NCBI GenBank assembly: GCA_030654805.1
Contig: JAURWR010000127.1
Location: forward strand, 26,944 to 90,943
Direction of reading: 5' to 3'
Source: Burkholderiaceae bacterium
GTDB lineage: Bacteria; Pseudomonadota; Gammaproteobacteria; Burkholderiales; Burkholderiaceae_C
DNA: 64,000 nt
In this document: positions 38,398-49,792 of the stretch, piece by piece
Position numbering within the stretch: the first letter of the stretch is position 1
Layout: every line of letters starts with the position of its first letter
Position numbers and translations under genes: made by a program
Notes under the pieces: model-generated
What the model was told of the DNA's origin: nothing
Databases searched by the model: none
The model's input: the letters and a program-made list of their open reading frames with translations, nothing else

Positions 38398-38536
38398 CGA
38401 CAGGTTCCGATTCAGCTGCTGGGTGCGGACGAGACGGGCCAATGTAGTGGCGTCCGCTGCGTCGCAGTGACGATAGTCGGACAATGACTGTCGCGAAACA
38501 GACAACACCGCCCGGCGGTTCAGAAAGGTTCCGATC

Positions 38537-39391
38537 GTGAAGAGCCACCCTGCCCTGCATCGCGCCGACCCCGATCGGCGGCATCGCACCAGCGTGCCGC
38601 CAATCGACCCGCAGATCTACGCACCGACGGCGCTGCGTCCGTTGCGCGCCAAGCTGCGTCATCTGGCAGCCGACACGCGCGTGGACCCGCACCACCACCC
38701 GTGGGCGCAGGTCGCCATGTCGAGCAAGGGCGTGATCCGCATGACCGCCGGAAACAGCACCTACCTCGTGCCGCCGCAGCGTGCGCTGTGGATTCCGCCC
38801 GGCGTCGAGCACGTGGTCACGGTCGTCGAGGATGCCGACCTGCACACGCTGTACATCCATCAGGACGATGAGCAGACCGGTCCGCTGCGCAACCACGATG
38901 CGAGCGGCGCCTGGCATCAGTGCCAGGTGCTCGAGGTATCCAGCCTGCTGCGCGAGCTGGTGCAGCACCTGCCGCTCGAACCCGGCAGCGACCCGCCGAC
39001 CGAGCGCGAGCGCTGCATCGGCCAGCTGGTGCTGGACGAGCTGGCGCAGGCTCGCCCGGTGCGTCTGGGCGTCGACCTGCCGCAGGACAAGCGACTGCGC
39101 GCTCTGTGTGAAACCGTGCTGGAAGATCCGGCCCGCTGGGCCACGCTGGACGAAGCTGCGCGCCACGCCGGCGCCAGCGCGCGCACCGTCGCGCGCCTGT
39201 TCCGATCCGAACTGGACACGACCTTTGTCCAGTGGCGCCAGCAGGTTCTGCTGGCCCGGGCCCTGTCGATGGCCGCCCGCAAGCTGCCCATGGGCACGAT
39301 CGCGGCCGAACTGGGCTACGCCAGCGCCAGCGCCTTCAGCGCGATGGTCCGGCGCTCGGTCGGCATGCCGCCGAGTCGGTTCCTGGGCTGA
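38537..39391 (+). CDS. AraC family transcriptional regulator (cupin + HTH)
   Basis: GTG start after GAAAGG. Cupin-like ALWIPPGVEHVV and AraC HTH AARHAGASARTVARLFRSELDTTFVQWRQQVLLARAL...ELGYASASAFSAMVRR. Divergent from the MFS gene. Confidence 0.85.
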   Translation: MKSHPALHRADPDRRHRTSVPPIDPQIYAPTALRPLRAKLRHLAADTRVDPHHHPWAQVAMSSKGVIRMTAGNSTYLVPPQRALWIPPGVEHVVTVVEDADLHTLYIHQDDEQTGPLRNHDASGAWHQCQVLEVSSLLRELVQHLPLEPGSDPPTERERCIGQLVLDELAQARPVRLGVDLPQDKRLRALCETVLEDPARWATLDEAARHAGASARTVARLFRSELDTTFVQWRQQVLLARALSMAARKLPMGTIAAELGYASASAFSAMVRRSVGMPPSRFLG

Positions 39392-39481
39392 TCACCACGA
39401 AGCACCGGACTGCTTTTCTGACCCCGAACCATAATGTCGCCCGCGGCGCGCTCCGCCACTCCCAATTCAGCAAGGAATCCC

Positions 39482-39934
39482 ATGCAACCCCTCACCCCAT
39501 TCGAGCAGCAGGTGCTCGAAGCCGCCCTGCAGGGCCCGCAGCCCGTATTGGCTGCCCTGCGTTCGCAGATTGCCCACGCCAAGGTGTCCGCTCGCACGCA
39601 CACCGGTGTCGGCTCGTACATCGATTTCTCGATGCCGCAGTCGGTCCCCCGGGTCAGCCCGACCGAGATGGTCTTCGGCGACCTCGACGTCCAGGTCGAA
39701 GGCGTGTCGGCCGAGGTCTCGACGATCCTGTACGTCGTCAGCGGCCACCTGCATTTCCTCGAGTTCGCGGCGCTGTCCGGCGAGTGGCCGAAGGAGCCGG
39801 TGATCACCAAGATCGGCTACCTGCGCTCGGAAAAAATCGGTCGGGATGAGTACAAGGCGGTTCAGGTGGACGAACGCGATCCCGAGACCCTTGAGCGCTC
39901 GCTCGCCGGTCCGGCGGTCAAGAAAAAAGTCTGA
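39482..39934 (+). CDS. hypothetical protein (150 aa)
   Basis: ATG at 39482 preceded by AAGGAA (alternative ATG at 39434). No motif I can name. Confidence 0.5.
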   Translation: MQPLTPFEQQVLEAALQGPQPVLAALRSQIAHAKVSARTHTGVGSYIDFSMPQSVPRVSPTEMVFGDLDVQVEGVSAEVSTILYVVSGHLHFLEFAALSGEWPKEPVITKIGYLRSEKIGRDEYKAVQVDERDPETLERSLAGPAVKKKV

Positions 39935-39978
39935 CGGTCCGCCGCACCGACTGACTCCACGTCCACAACGAAGTGCCC

Positions 39979-41085
39979 ATGACCCAGGTCTTGTTCGACT
40001 ACACGCGCCAGGACGCACGCGGCGCAAGCTGCACCGCGCAGGCCTGGGCCCAGGTGCCGCCGACGCTGACGCCGCCCGAACGCGCCGCGTTGAAGACCCG
40101 GGCTGCTGCGCTGCTGAAGCAGCACAACGCGGTGCTGGTCGCGCACTACTACGTCGACGGCGATCTGCAGGATCTGGCGCTCGAGACCGGTGGCTGCGTC
40201 GCCGATTCGCTGGAGATGGCGCGCTTCGGCCGCGACCATTCGAGCCGCACGCTGGTGGTCGCCGGCGTGCGCTTCATGGGCGAAAGCGCCAAGATCCTGA
40301 GCCCGGACAAGCGGGTGCTGATGCCCGATCTGGAAGCCACCTGCTCGCTCGACCTCGGCTGCCCGCCGGACGCGTTCGCGCAGTTCTGCGACGCGCATCC
40401 CGACCGCACCGTGGTCGTCTACGCGAACACCAGCGCCGCGGTGAAGGCCCGCGCCGACTGGATGGTGACCAGCTCGTGCGCGCTGGCGATCGTCCAGCAC
40501 CTGAAAGACCAGGGGAAAAAGGTGCTGTGGGCGCCCGACCGCCACCTCGGCCGCTACATCCAGCAGCAGACTGGCGCCGACATGCTGATGTGGAACGGCG
40601 AGTGCATCGTGCACGACGAGTTCAAGGGCGTGGAACTGGCCCTGCTGAAGGCGCAGTACCCCGACGCGAAGGTGCTGGTGCACCCCGAGTCGCCCGAGGC
40701 GGTGGTGAAGCTCGCCGATGTGGTCGGATCGACCACGCAGCTGTTGAATGCGGTAACCACACTCGACGCACAGACCTTCATCGTCGCCACCGACAACGGT
40801 CTGATGCACCGCATGCGTCAGCTGGCGCCGACCAAGACGCTGCTCGAAGCACCCACCGCCGGCGACAGCGCCACCTGCAAGAGCTGCGCGCACTGCCCGT
40901 GGATGGCGATGAACGCGCTGCAGGGCGTGGTCGATTGCCTGGAAACCGGCCGTGGCGAGATTCACGTTGCCGAGCCGATTCGCAGTCAGGCGCTCGGTTG
41001 CATCGACCGGATGCTCGATTTCGTCAAGGCGAATCCGGCCACGACGCAGAAGCCCGGCTTGGTGCCGCATATCGGCGCCGCCTGA
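39979..41085 (+). CDS. nadA: quinolinate synthase NadA
   Basis: VLVAHYYVD...GESAKIL...CSLDLGCP...VVYANTSA...PESP...[13 protein letters not shown] are typical NadA motifs. Confidence 0.95.
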   Translation: MTQVLFDYTRQDARGASCTAQAWAQVPPTLTPPERAALKTRAAALLKQHNAVLVAHYYVDGDLQDLALETGGCVADSLEMARFGRDHSSRTLVVAGVRFMGESAKILSPDKRVLMPDLEATCSLDLGCPPDAFAQFCDAHPDRTVVVYANTSAAVKARADWMVTSSCALAIVQHLKDQGKKVLWAPDRHLGRYIQQQTGADMLMWNGECIVHDEFKGVELALLKAQYPDAKVLVHPESPEAVVKLADVVGSTTQLLNAVTTLDAQTFIVATDNGLMHRMRQLAPTKTLLEAPTAGDSATCKSCAHCPWMAMNALQGVVDCLETGRGEIHVAEPIRSQALGCIDRMLDFVKANPATTQKPGLVPHIGAA

Positions 41086-41093
41086 GCTCATTC

Positions 41094-41960
41094 ATGTTCG
41101 ACACCAACGAAGGCCTGGAAGCGGCCCGCGCGCGCAACGTGCGCGATGCGCTGATGGAAGACATCGGCCAGCGCGACTGGACCTCCGAGCTGGTGCCGGC
41201 CGGCCAGCGGGTCGCGGCGCGGGTGCTGGTGCGCGAGGAGGCCGTGCTGTGCGGTCGCGACTGGTTCGATGCCTGCATCGCCACGCTCGACCCCGACGCC
41301 CGCGTCGACTGGCATGTCGCCGAAGGCGCGCTGATGGTCCCCGACACGCTCGTCTGCCACATTGAATCCAACGCCCGCGCGCTGCTGTCGGCCGAGCGCC
41401 CTGCCCTCAATTTCCTGCAACTGCTGTCGGCCACCGCGACCTTGACCCGCCGCCACGTCGATGCCATCGCCGGGGCCTCGCCGAACCCGCGCGGCTGCGT
41501 GATCCTCGACACCCGCAAGACGCTGCCCGGTCTGCGCCAAGCGCAGAAATATGCGGTGCGAATCGGTGGCGGACGCAACCAGCGGCTGGCGCTGTGGCAT
41601 GGCATCCTGATCAAAGAAAACCACATCGCAGCAGCCGGCGGCATCTCCGCCGTGCTGCGCAACGCATCAGCGTTGAATGCGGGCGTCGACATCCAGATCG
41701 AGGTCGAGACGCTGGCGCAGCTGAGCGAAGCGCTGGCAGCAGGGGCCGTCAGCGTGCTGCTCGACAACTTCGACCTGGACGGCATGCGCGCGGCGGTCGC
41801 GCTGAACGCCGGACGCGCGCTGCTCGAAGTATCGGGCGGGGTGCGACTCGACCAGGTGCGCGAGATCGCCGCCACCGGCGTCGATCGCATCTCGATCGGC
41901 CGACTGACCAAGGATGTCCGGGCGACCGACTATTCGATGCGGGTGCTGTCGACCCTGTGA
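41094..41960 (+). CDS. nadC: nicotinate-nucleotide diphosphorylase (carboxylating) NadC
   Basis: ATG at 41094 inside the chimeric track ORF 39846..41960. ERPALNFLQLLSATAT...ILDTRKTLPGLR...KYAVRIGGGRNQR...ILIKENH. Confidence 0.95.
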   Translation: MFDTNEGLEAARARNVRDALMEDIGQRDWTSELVPAGQRVAARVLVREEAVLCGRDWFDACIATLDPDARVDWHVAEGALMVPDTLVCHIESNARALLSAERPALNFLQLLSATATLTRRHVDAIAGASPNPRGCVILDTRKTLPGLRQAQKYAVRIGGGRNQRLALWHGILIKENHIAAAGGISAVLRNASALNAGVDIQIEVETLAQLSEALAAGAVSVLLDNFDLDGMRAAVALNAGRALLEVSGGVRLDQVREIAATGVDRISIGRLTKDVRATDYSMRVLSTL

Positions 41961-42084
41961 CCAGCCACCGTTCCGAGGTGGGCTGAGCATCTGGACCGCA
42001 GTTCGGGTTCTATTCCGGGCCTCACCTCGACGCCAGCGGCCGGAAACTGCAGGTTCAGAGCTCCACAGGGGAGCGGAGACTGCC

Positions 42085-42372
42085 ATGAGCACCGTGTTCG
42101 ATACGATCCACAACCACCACGAGCGTTCGGTGTTCGACGCCGTGCTCACCGCTTCAACGCGCTTCAGCCACCTCAGCGACCCGCACATCCTGGCCGATGT
42201 GGCCTGCGTGGCGCTGAACCGGCTGCCGCCGCGCTACATCCGCCACGATGTCGATTTTTCGTTCTACCTGACCGAGCGCGAGCGAGCCGAGAACGAACAG
42301 GCCATCACCGAAGCGGTCGAATATTCCTTCCAGTTCGTGCAGGCCAAGGTGGCCATGCGCGCGAGGCGTTGA
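42085..42372 (+). CDS. ComFB (late competence development protein) family protein
   Basis: ATG at 42085. NHHERSVFDAVL...DVACVALNRLPPRYIRH matches the ComFB pattern as I remember it. Confidence 0.7.
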   Translation: MSTVFDTIHNHHERSVFDAVLTASTRFSHLSDPHILADVACVALNRLPPRYIRHDVDFSFYLTERERAENEQAITEAVEYSFQFVQAKVAMRARR

Positions 42373-42384
42373 ACCGTGCCGGCC

Positions 42385-44025
42385 TCAGACGCTCAGTCGG
42401 TGCGTCTTGGGCTTCTTGCCAGCGCGTGTGCATCGCATCAGCACCGTCGGGAAGCTGACGGGCAGCGACTGCGGGTAGTCGCGGCTGTAGTGCAGACCCC
42501 GGCTCTCGTGCCGCATCAAAGCAGATCTCACGATCAGTTCGGCGCAATCGACCAGGTTGCGCAGCTCCAGCAGGTCGCGGTTGACGCGGAAGCTGCCGTA
42601 GTAGTCATCGATCTCGCTGCGCAGCAGCTTGATGCGATGCAGCGCCCGTTCGAGCCGCTTGGTCGTGCGCACGATGCCGACGTAGTTCCACATCAGCAGG
42701 CGAAGTTCGTCCCAGTTGTGCGCGATGACGACCTGTTCGTCGGCATTCTCGACCTGGCTTTCGTCCCAGGCAGGCAGAGCCGGGTCCACACGGGCGCCCA
42801 GTTCGTGGATGTCCAGCGCGCAGGTGCGACCGAGCACCACGCATTCGAGCAGCGAGTTGCTGGCCAGACGGTTGGCGCCGTGCAGGCCGGTGTAGGTGGT
42901 CTCGCCGACCGCGTACAGCCCCGGCAGGTCGGTGCGGCCGTGCAGGTCGGTGACGACGCCACCGCAGGTGTAGTGCGCAGCCGGTACCACCGGGATCGGC
43001 TGCCTGGCGATGTCGATTCCGAGCGCCAGACAGCGCGCATGGATCGTTGGGAAATGTTCCTTCAGGAACGCCTCGCCCAGGTGAGCGGCATCCAGCCAGA
43101 CGTGATCGATGCCGTGCTTCTTCATCTCGAAATCGATCGCGCGGGCAACGATGTCGCGCGGCGCCAGCTCCATGCGCTCATCGTGCGCGGCCATGAAGCG
43201 CGTACCGTCCGGCAGCTTGAGGTATCCGCCCTCACCGCGCAGCGCCTCGGTGATCAGGAAGCTGCGTTCCTGCGGGTGGTACAGGCAGGTCGGGTGGAAC
43301 TGGATGAATTCCATGTTGCCGATGCGGCAGCCGGCGCGCCACGCCATCGCGATGCCGTCGCCGGTGGCGGTGTCGGGGTTGCTGGTGTAGCGGTAGACCT
43401 TGCCGACACCGCCCGTCGCCAGCACCACCGCGCGAGCCGGCAGCGTCTCGACGCGCTGGTGATCGATGTCGAGCGCATAGACACCGTAGCAGCGGGACTG
43501 TTCGTCGCGCTTGAGATGTCGCGAGGTGATCACGTCGACCGCCATCCAGCGCTCGCGCATCTCGATGTTGGGGTGGCGCTTGACTTCATCGAGCAGCACG
43601 TTGTGGATCGCCTTCCCGGTCGCGTCGGCCGCATGCGCGATGCGGCGCACCGCATGGCCACCCTCTTTCGTCAGGTGCAGGCCCAGCGGACCTTCGGGGT
43701 CCGCCGAAAACGGCACGCCTCGGGCCACCAGCCAGCTGATCGCCTCGGCGCTGTGCTGCGCAATGAAACGCGCGGTGTGCTCGTCGACCAGCCCGGCGCC
43801 GGCATCCTGCGTGTCGCGCACATGCGAGTCGATGCTGTCGTCGTCGCCCAGCACACCGACGATGCCGCCTTGGGCCCACGCGGTCGCGGCTTCGTCGAGA
43901 CCGCGCTTGGCCAGAACGATCACGGGATGTTCCGCCGCCAGATGCAGCGCCACCGTCAGGCCAGCCAGCCCGGCCCCGATGATCACGACCGGAAGTTGCC
44001 CGCGCACCGGATCAATCTGCGGCAT
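42385..44025 (-). CDS. nadB: L-aspartate oxidase NadB
   Basis: FAD motif [11 protein letters not shown] plus QGGI, HYTCGGV, GLYAVGE and RHESRGLHY motifs. Confidence 0.95.
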   Translation of the reverse strand: MPQIDPVRGQLPVVIIGAGLAGLTVALHLAAEHPVIVLAKRGLDEAATAWAQGGIVGVLGDDDSIDSHVRDTQDAGAGLVDEHTARFIAQHSAEAISWLVARGVPFSADPEGPLGLHLTKEGGHAVRRIAHAADATGKAIHNVLLDEVKRHPNIEMRERWMAVDVITSRHLKRDEQSRCYGVYALDIDHQRVETLPARAVVLATGGVGKVYRYTSNPDTATGDGIAMAWRAGCRIGNMEFIQFHPTCLYHPQERSFLITEALRGEGGYLKLPDGTRFMAAHDERMELAPRDIVARAIDFEMKKHGIDHVWLDAAHLGEAFLKEHFPTIHARCLALGIDIARQPIPVVPAAHYTCGGVVTDLHGRTDLPGLYAVGETTYTGLHGANRLASNSLLECVVLGRTCALDIHELGARVDPALPAWDESQVENADEQVVIAHNWDELRLLMWNYVGIVRTTKRLERALHRIKLLRSEIDDYYGSFRVNRDLLELRNLVDCAELIVRSALMRHESRGLHYSRDYPQSLPVSFPTVLMRCTRAGKKPKTHRLSV

Positions 44026-44249
44026 GGCGTCGAGGCACGGAGCAAGAGGCTTCAGTCATCGATCGATTCTATCGACGCGCTCCGCAGCGGAAGTCCGACG
44101 GGCCGGGCGCTTCACGCCGCGCGCCGGGTCGCTGTCGTAGGGATGGTGCAGTGCGATCGACTGTGCCAGCATGGAGCTTCCATGCGTCGAGGCTCGACGC
44201 ATCGCCTACGGCAACGCCGCCAACCACAAGAAATCGCGACGAGGGCCCC

Positions 44250-45605
44250 ATGAGCAACTACACCAGCCGCACCGGCAGTCCCTATCTGGAACGTCCTGCG
44301 CCGCCACCGATCGAGAACGACGGGTGGGAATCGACGCGCGCCCTGACTGCGCTGGCGACCCAAATCATGGATCGCGAAGGAGAAGAGCGCACCGCACATC
44401 GGCAGGAAATCGGCCGCCCGGTCGGCAACGGCGTGCGAGAGCTGTTCGTGGCGTGCGCGCCCGGCGAGGCGCTGCAGCAACAGTTCGAGCACCTGCATCC
44501 TGAGTTCATCGCCGTGCACGACCTGGCGACACGTTCGTCGCGCCAGCTGTTGCGTGGTATCGCGGCGGCCAGCAATCGTGCGGTCCAGAAGCTGGTGCTC
44601 CGCCGCCAGGGGGGCGGGGCTCCAGTCGCCACGATCGAATTCATCGAGGTACCGGTGAGTCCGCAGGAGGTGCTGCGGATCTATTCGACCGACATCGATG
44701 ACACCACCGACGCGGTCGCGCGCCACGCGGTCGCGCGCACCTTGATGGCTTACAGCCAGCTCGGCGTGATGATGGTGGGCTCGGTGCCCGCCGAGAACAT
44801 CCACGCCACGCTGAGGCCCTGGCACGAGGAAGTCATCCGCAGCCCGTGGCTGAACCGCAACCTGCTGCTGCTGCCGCTGACCAACAGCACGACGCTGATG
44901 ACGAACGGCCAGAACATGGTGCGCGGCACCTCGATCACGCTGCGCACCACGCCGGTGGTCACGCGTCCGGCCGATGCCTGGAACTTCATCAACGGCACCT
45001 GGAGCCGCCTGCGCGGTTCCGTCGCCCCGATGGCCGCCCCTTCGGCCCCGGCCAGAAGCCAGGCACCAACCGCCGGCACCAATTCAGCGTCGACTCCGAA
45101 CCACGCAGCGGCGCGGGTCGGTGCACAGATCGATGCAGGGTACCGGCCGCCAGCGACCCCAGTCGATCCGTCCGGTTTCGCGCCCACCAACATGCTTCCG
45201 CTGCGCCCGATGCCCGACGTGATGACGCGGCCGGTGCCGATGCAGGACGAAGTGCTCGAGGTCTACGTGCATCAAGTCTGCGAGCTCAACGGCGTGGTCG
45301 GCTGCTGCGTGTTCGACATCGGTTCGGGCCTGCCCGTGGCTCACGGTGGTGCAGGCGCGCCTCCCGAGGAGCTGGCACGCCACGGCCGCGCCTTGTTGTC
45401 GGCGATGGGCACCGCCAGCCGCTCGCTCGGCCTCGGCCACACGATGCCCGATGCCGCCATCACGCTGGGCTCGCATCACCTGCTGCTGCGCTCGGTCGCC
45501 AAGCACAGCGGGATGGCATTGCTGACCGTGCTGGACCGGACGAACGCCAACCTGACGCTCGCCCGGTTGCAGATCGAGCGGCTCGATCCGTTGCTGGACC
45601 GCTGA
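44250..45605 (+). CDS. hypothetical protein with Pro/Ala-rich linker and Roadblock/LC7-like C-terminal domain
   Basis: ATG at 44250 (MSNYTSRTG). About 270-aa N-terminal domain with no recognised motif. The C-terminal ~110 aa (GVVGCCVFDIGSGLPVAHGG...ITLGSHHLLLRSV...ALLTVLDR) resembles Roadblock/LC7. Confidence 0.7.
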   Translation: MSNYTSRTGSPYLERPAPPPIENDGWESTRALTALATQIMDREGEERTAHRQEIGRPVGNGVRELFVACAPGEALQQQFEHLHPEFIAVHDLATRSSRQLLRGIAAASNRAVQKLVLRRQGGGAPVATIEFIEVPVSPQEVLRIYSTDIDDTTDAVARHAVARTLMAYSQLGVMMVGSVPAENIHATLRPWHEEVIRSPWLNRNLLLLPLTNSTTLMTNGQNMVRGTSITLRTTPVVTRPADAWNFINGTWSRLRGSVAPMAAPSAPARSQAPTAGTNSASTPNHAAARVGAQIDAGYRPPATPVDPSGFAPTNMLPLRPMPDVMTRPVPMQDEVLEVYVHQVCELNGVVGCCVFDIGSGLPVAHGGAGAPPEELARHGRALLSAMGTASRSLGLGHTMPDAAITLGSHHLLLRSVAKHSGMALLTVLDRTNANLTLARLQIERLDPLLDR

Positions 45606-45619
45606 GCCGCTCCGGTTCT

Positions 45620-48220
<2,601 letters not shown>

Positions 48221-48244
48221 GGAAATGTCCTCCTATTCCCTGCA

Positions 48245-48272
48245 ATCTGAGGGGGTACAGGCGCATTTCAAG
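48245..48272 (-). promoter_or_regulatory. candidate sigma-32 (heat shock) promoter of clpB
   Basis: Minus strand reads CTTGAAA - 11/12 nt - CCCCCTCAGAT, about 25 nt upstream of the clpB ATG. It resembles the CTTGAA/CCCCAT consensus, but the spacer is slightly short. Confidence 0.4.
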
Positions 48273-48288
48273 GCATACCTGCGGCTGT

Positions 48289-48306
48289 CGCTTGATCGAG
48301 ATCAAG
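48289..48306. promoter_or_regulatory. perfect 18-bp palindrome GCTTGATCGAGATCAAGC in the clpB divergent intergenic region
   Basis: Read directly from the sequence. It is not the CIRCE element. Function unknown. Confidence 0.6.
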
Positions 48307-48374
48307 CCACCGACCATCTTCGGTTTGCTGACACTTGACGATTCATTCCCGGCAAATCGGGAGAGACTCTGCCC

Positions 48375-48674
48375 ATGAACATGAAATTGACTGCGACTCC
48401 TCTGACCGCCGCACTGGCCGGTGCCTTTTCCGCCGGTACCTGGCCACTGCTGTGGCCACTGTTTTCCGATACGAGCACGTCGAACAGTGTTTGGCTGGTG
48501 GTCGGCACGCTCGTACTGATCGCCTTGCCTGCCCACGCCTTCGTCGTCGGCTTCAAGCAAGGCCAGATGGCCGGATCCCGGGCGATAGACACAGCGCTTC
48601 TGAAGCGGATCGTCGTCTGGCTCCTGGCTGCGGCTGCGACCACCGCCGTCATCACCTTGTTTCGCTCCGCGTGA
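48375..48674 (+). CDS. small hypothetical membrane protein (99 aa)
   Basis: ATG after GGGAGAG. Three hydrophobic segments. No recognised family. Confidence 0.5.
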   Translation: MNMKLTATPLTAALAGAFSAGTWPLLWPLFSDTSTSNSVWLVVGTLVLIALPAHAFVVGFKQGQMAGSRAIDTALLKRIVVWLLAAAATTAVITLFRSA

Positions 48675-48717
48675 TCCCAGGCCGGGAAACGCATGCGGCT
48701 GGCGGGCCCGCGCGAAT

Positions 48718-49785
48718 TCAGTCCTCCCGGACGCTCAGCTGAAACGGTATGGCGCCCTGGCTGCGATCGAGCAACGGGCGCAGCAGCAACGATGTCAGTT
48801 CGGGGCTGAGCGCCAGGTCGAACTGACCGTTGCTCTGGGCTTGCAGCCGCAGGTAGCGGCTTTCCCGCTCGAAATCGTTGCGAACGATCACGGTGATCAC
48901 CTTCTCGGAGGTGCTGATGAACACGCGGTACCTGAACCGGTCCGATGCCAGTTCGGCCTTGATCCGGCGGAGCCAGGCGGCGTCCCTGGAACGGCAGCGC
49001 AACATCGATGCCGGTGACGCAAACACGCGGGTCAAGTCGTTGTCAGAGGAATGCACGACGAGTTCGTCGTCGCGCGCCAACGCACAGACGTGGGTGCTGG
49101 ATGCGAAAGCCTGGTCGTACAGAACCACCAACGTGTCTTCCTGCCAGGTGACCGTTCCGCCTTCCGTACGCAAGCCGAAGATCAGCCCCTCGACATTCAT
49201 GTCGATCGTGCAGTCGCGCGCCCCCCGCGACTGCACGATCGCGGTGAGGACGGGGAGCACACGATCGGATGTCAGATCGCCTGATGCCAGGATGGCCCGC
49301 AGTTCGGGAGAAAGTGCCTCGTGATACGGCGTCTTGCTGCCGATCTCGAAGAAGTCCGATCCGCTCTGGTCGAGACCTTCCGCCGCAGTCCAGCGCAGCA
49401 ACTCGGCGTGCCCGTCGCTGCCAGACGACACGACCAGCAACGCGACGGCACTGTCGGCACTGTCGGCACTGTCGGCACTGAAGGGAACGATGCGGCTTTC
49501 CAGCCTGGCAAGCAGTTCGGCATTGCTGGCCGAACCACCCTGTTCACCTCGCAGAAACTCGATGACCTTCATCGCCTGTTCGCTGTCGCCGGTGCAGGCG
49601 ACCACCGTGCCGGGCGCAATACAGTGCAATTTCAGTGACACCTCTTCGACCGGCTCCTCGCGATACGCGGTGAGAAGTTCACCCAGGCTCAGCTGCCGCC
49701 GGTTCGGCGGGATCGACACAGCCGCCACCGTGTCGGCCAGCAGGTAGATCGATCCCTTGTGCTTCCAACCGGCGCAGTAGGACAC
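48718..49785 (-). CDS. proteasome/HslV-fold Ntn-hydrolase homologue with Ser1 and a C-terminal extension (possible BPH-family member)
   Basis: GTG at 49785 lies 7 nt after the crcB stop. The longer track ORF to 49893 overlaps crcB. The product begins (M)SYCAGWKHKGSIYLLADT, with Ser1, Gly10 and Asp17 spaced as in HslV TTIVSVRRNGHVVIAGD. SLKLHCIAPGTVVACTGDSEQAMKVIEFL matches the Lys33 strand plus helix. ALLVVSSGSDGHAELLRW and FEIGSKTPYH match AIGSGGPYA of HslV. Confidence 0.65.
   Translation of the reverse strand: MSYCAGWKHKGSIYLLADTVAAVSIPPNRRQLSLGELLTAYREEPVEEVSLKLHCIAPGTVVACTGDSEQAMKVIEFLRGEQGGSASNAELLARLESRIVPFSADSADSADSAVALLVVSSGSDGHAELLRWTAAEGLDQSGSDFFEIGSKTPYHEALSPELRAILASGDLTSDRVLPVLTAIVQSRGARDCTIDMNVEGLIFGLRTEGGTVTWQEDTLVVLYDQAFASSTHVCALARDDELVVHSSDNDLTRVFASPASMLRCRSRDAAWLRRIKAELASDRFRYRVFISTSEKVITVIVRNDFERESRYLRLQAQSNGQFDLALSPELTSLLLRPLLDRSQGAIPFQLSVRED
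49447..49480. repeat. in-frame 9-bp tandem repeat (GGCACTGTC x about 3.8) encoding SADSADSADSA
   Basis: Read directly from the sequence. Lies inside the proteasome-like CDS in a predicted loop. Confidence 0.9.
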
Positions 49786-49792
49786 GGATCGC

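Noticed and set aside
39846-41960. 704-aa ORF spanning nadA and nadC
   Set aside because: It is chimeric. Only the last 288 codons (from ATG 41094) encode NadC. The upstream part overlaps nadA in another frame and reads as Arg/Ala/Gly noise.
42376-44253. 625-aa ORF on the + strand
   Set aside because: It is antisense to nadB (clear FAD and aspartate oxidase motifs) and has a low-complexity Arg/Ala/Val-rich product. The same reasoning rejects 46499..48250 (antisense to clpB), 52731..54464 (antisense to thrC), 61059..62858 (antisense to prpE), 58029..59666 (antisense to phoH) and 1652..2851 (antisense to ccmF).
48718-49785. Calling the proteasome-like gene hslV
   Set aside because: There is no adjacent hslU. 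Ser replaces Thr at position 1, there is an ~18-aa insertion before the Lys33 equivalent, and there is a ~115-aa C-terminal extension. It is not a canonical HslV.
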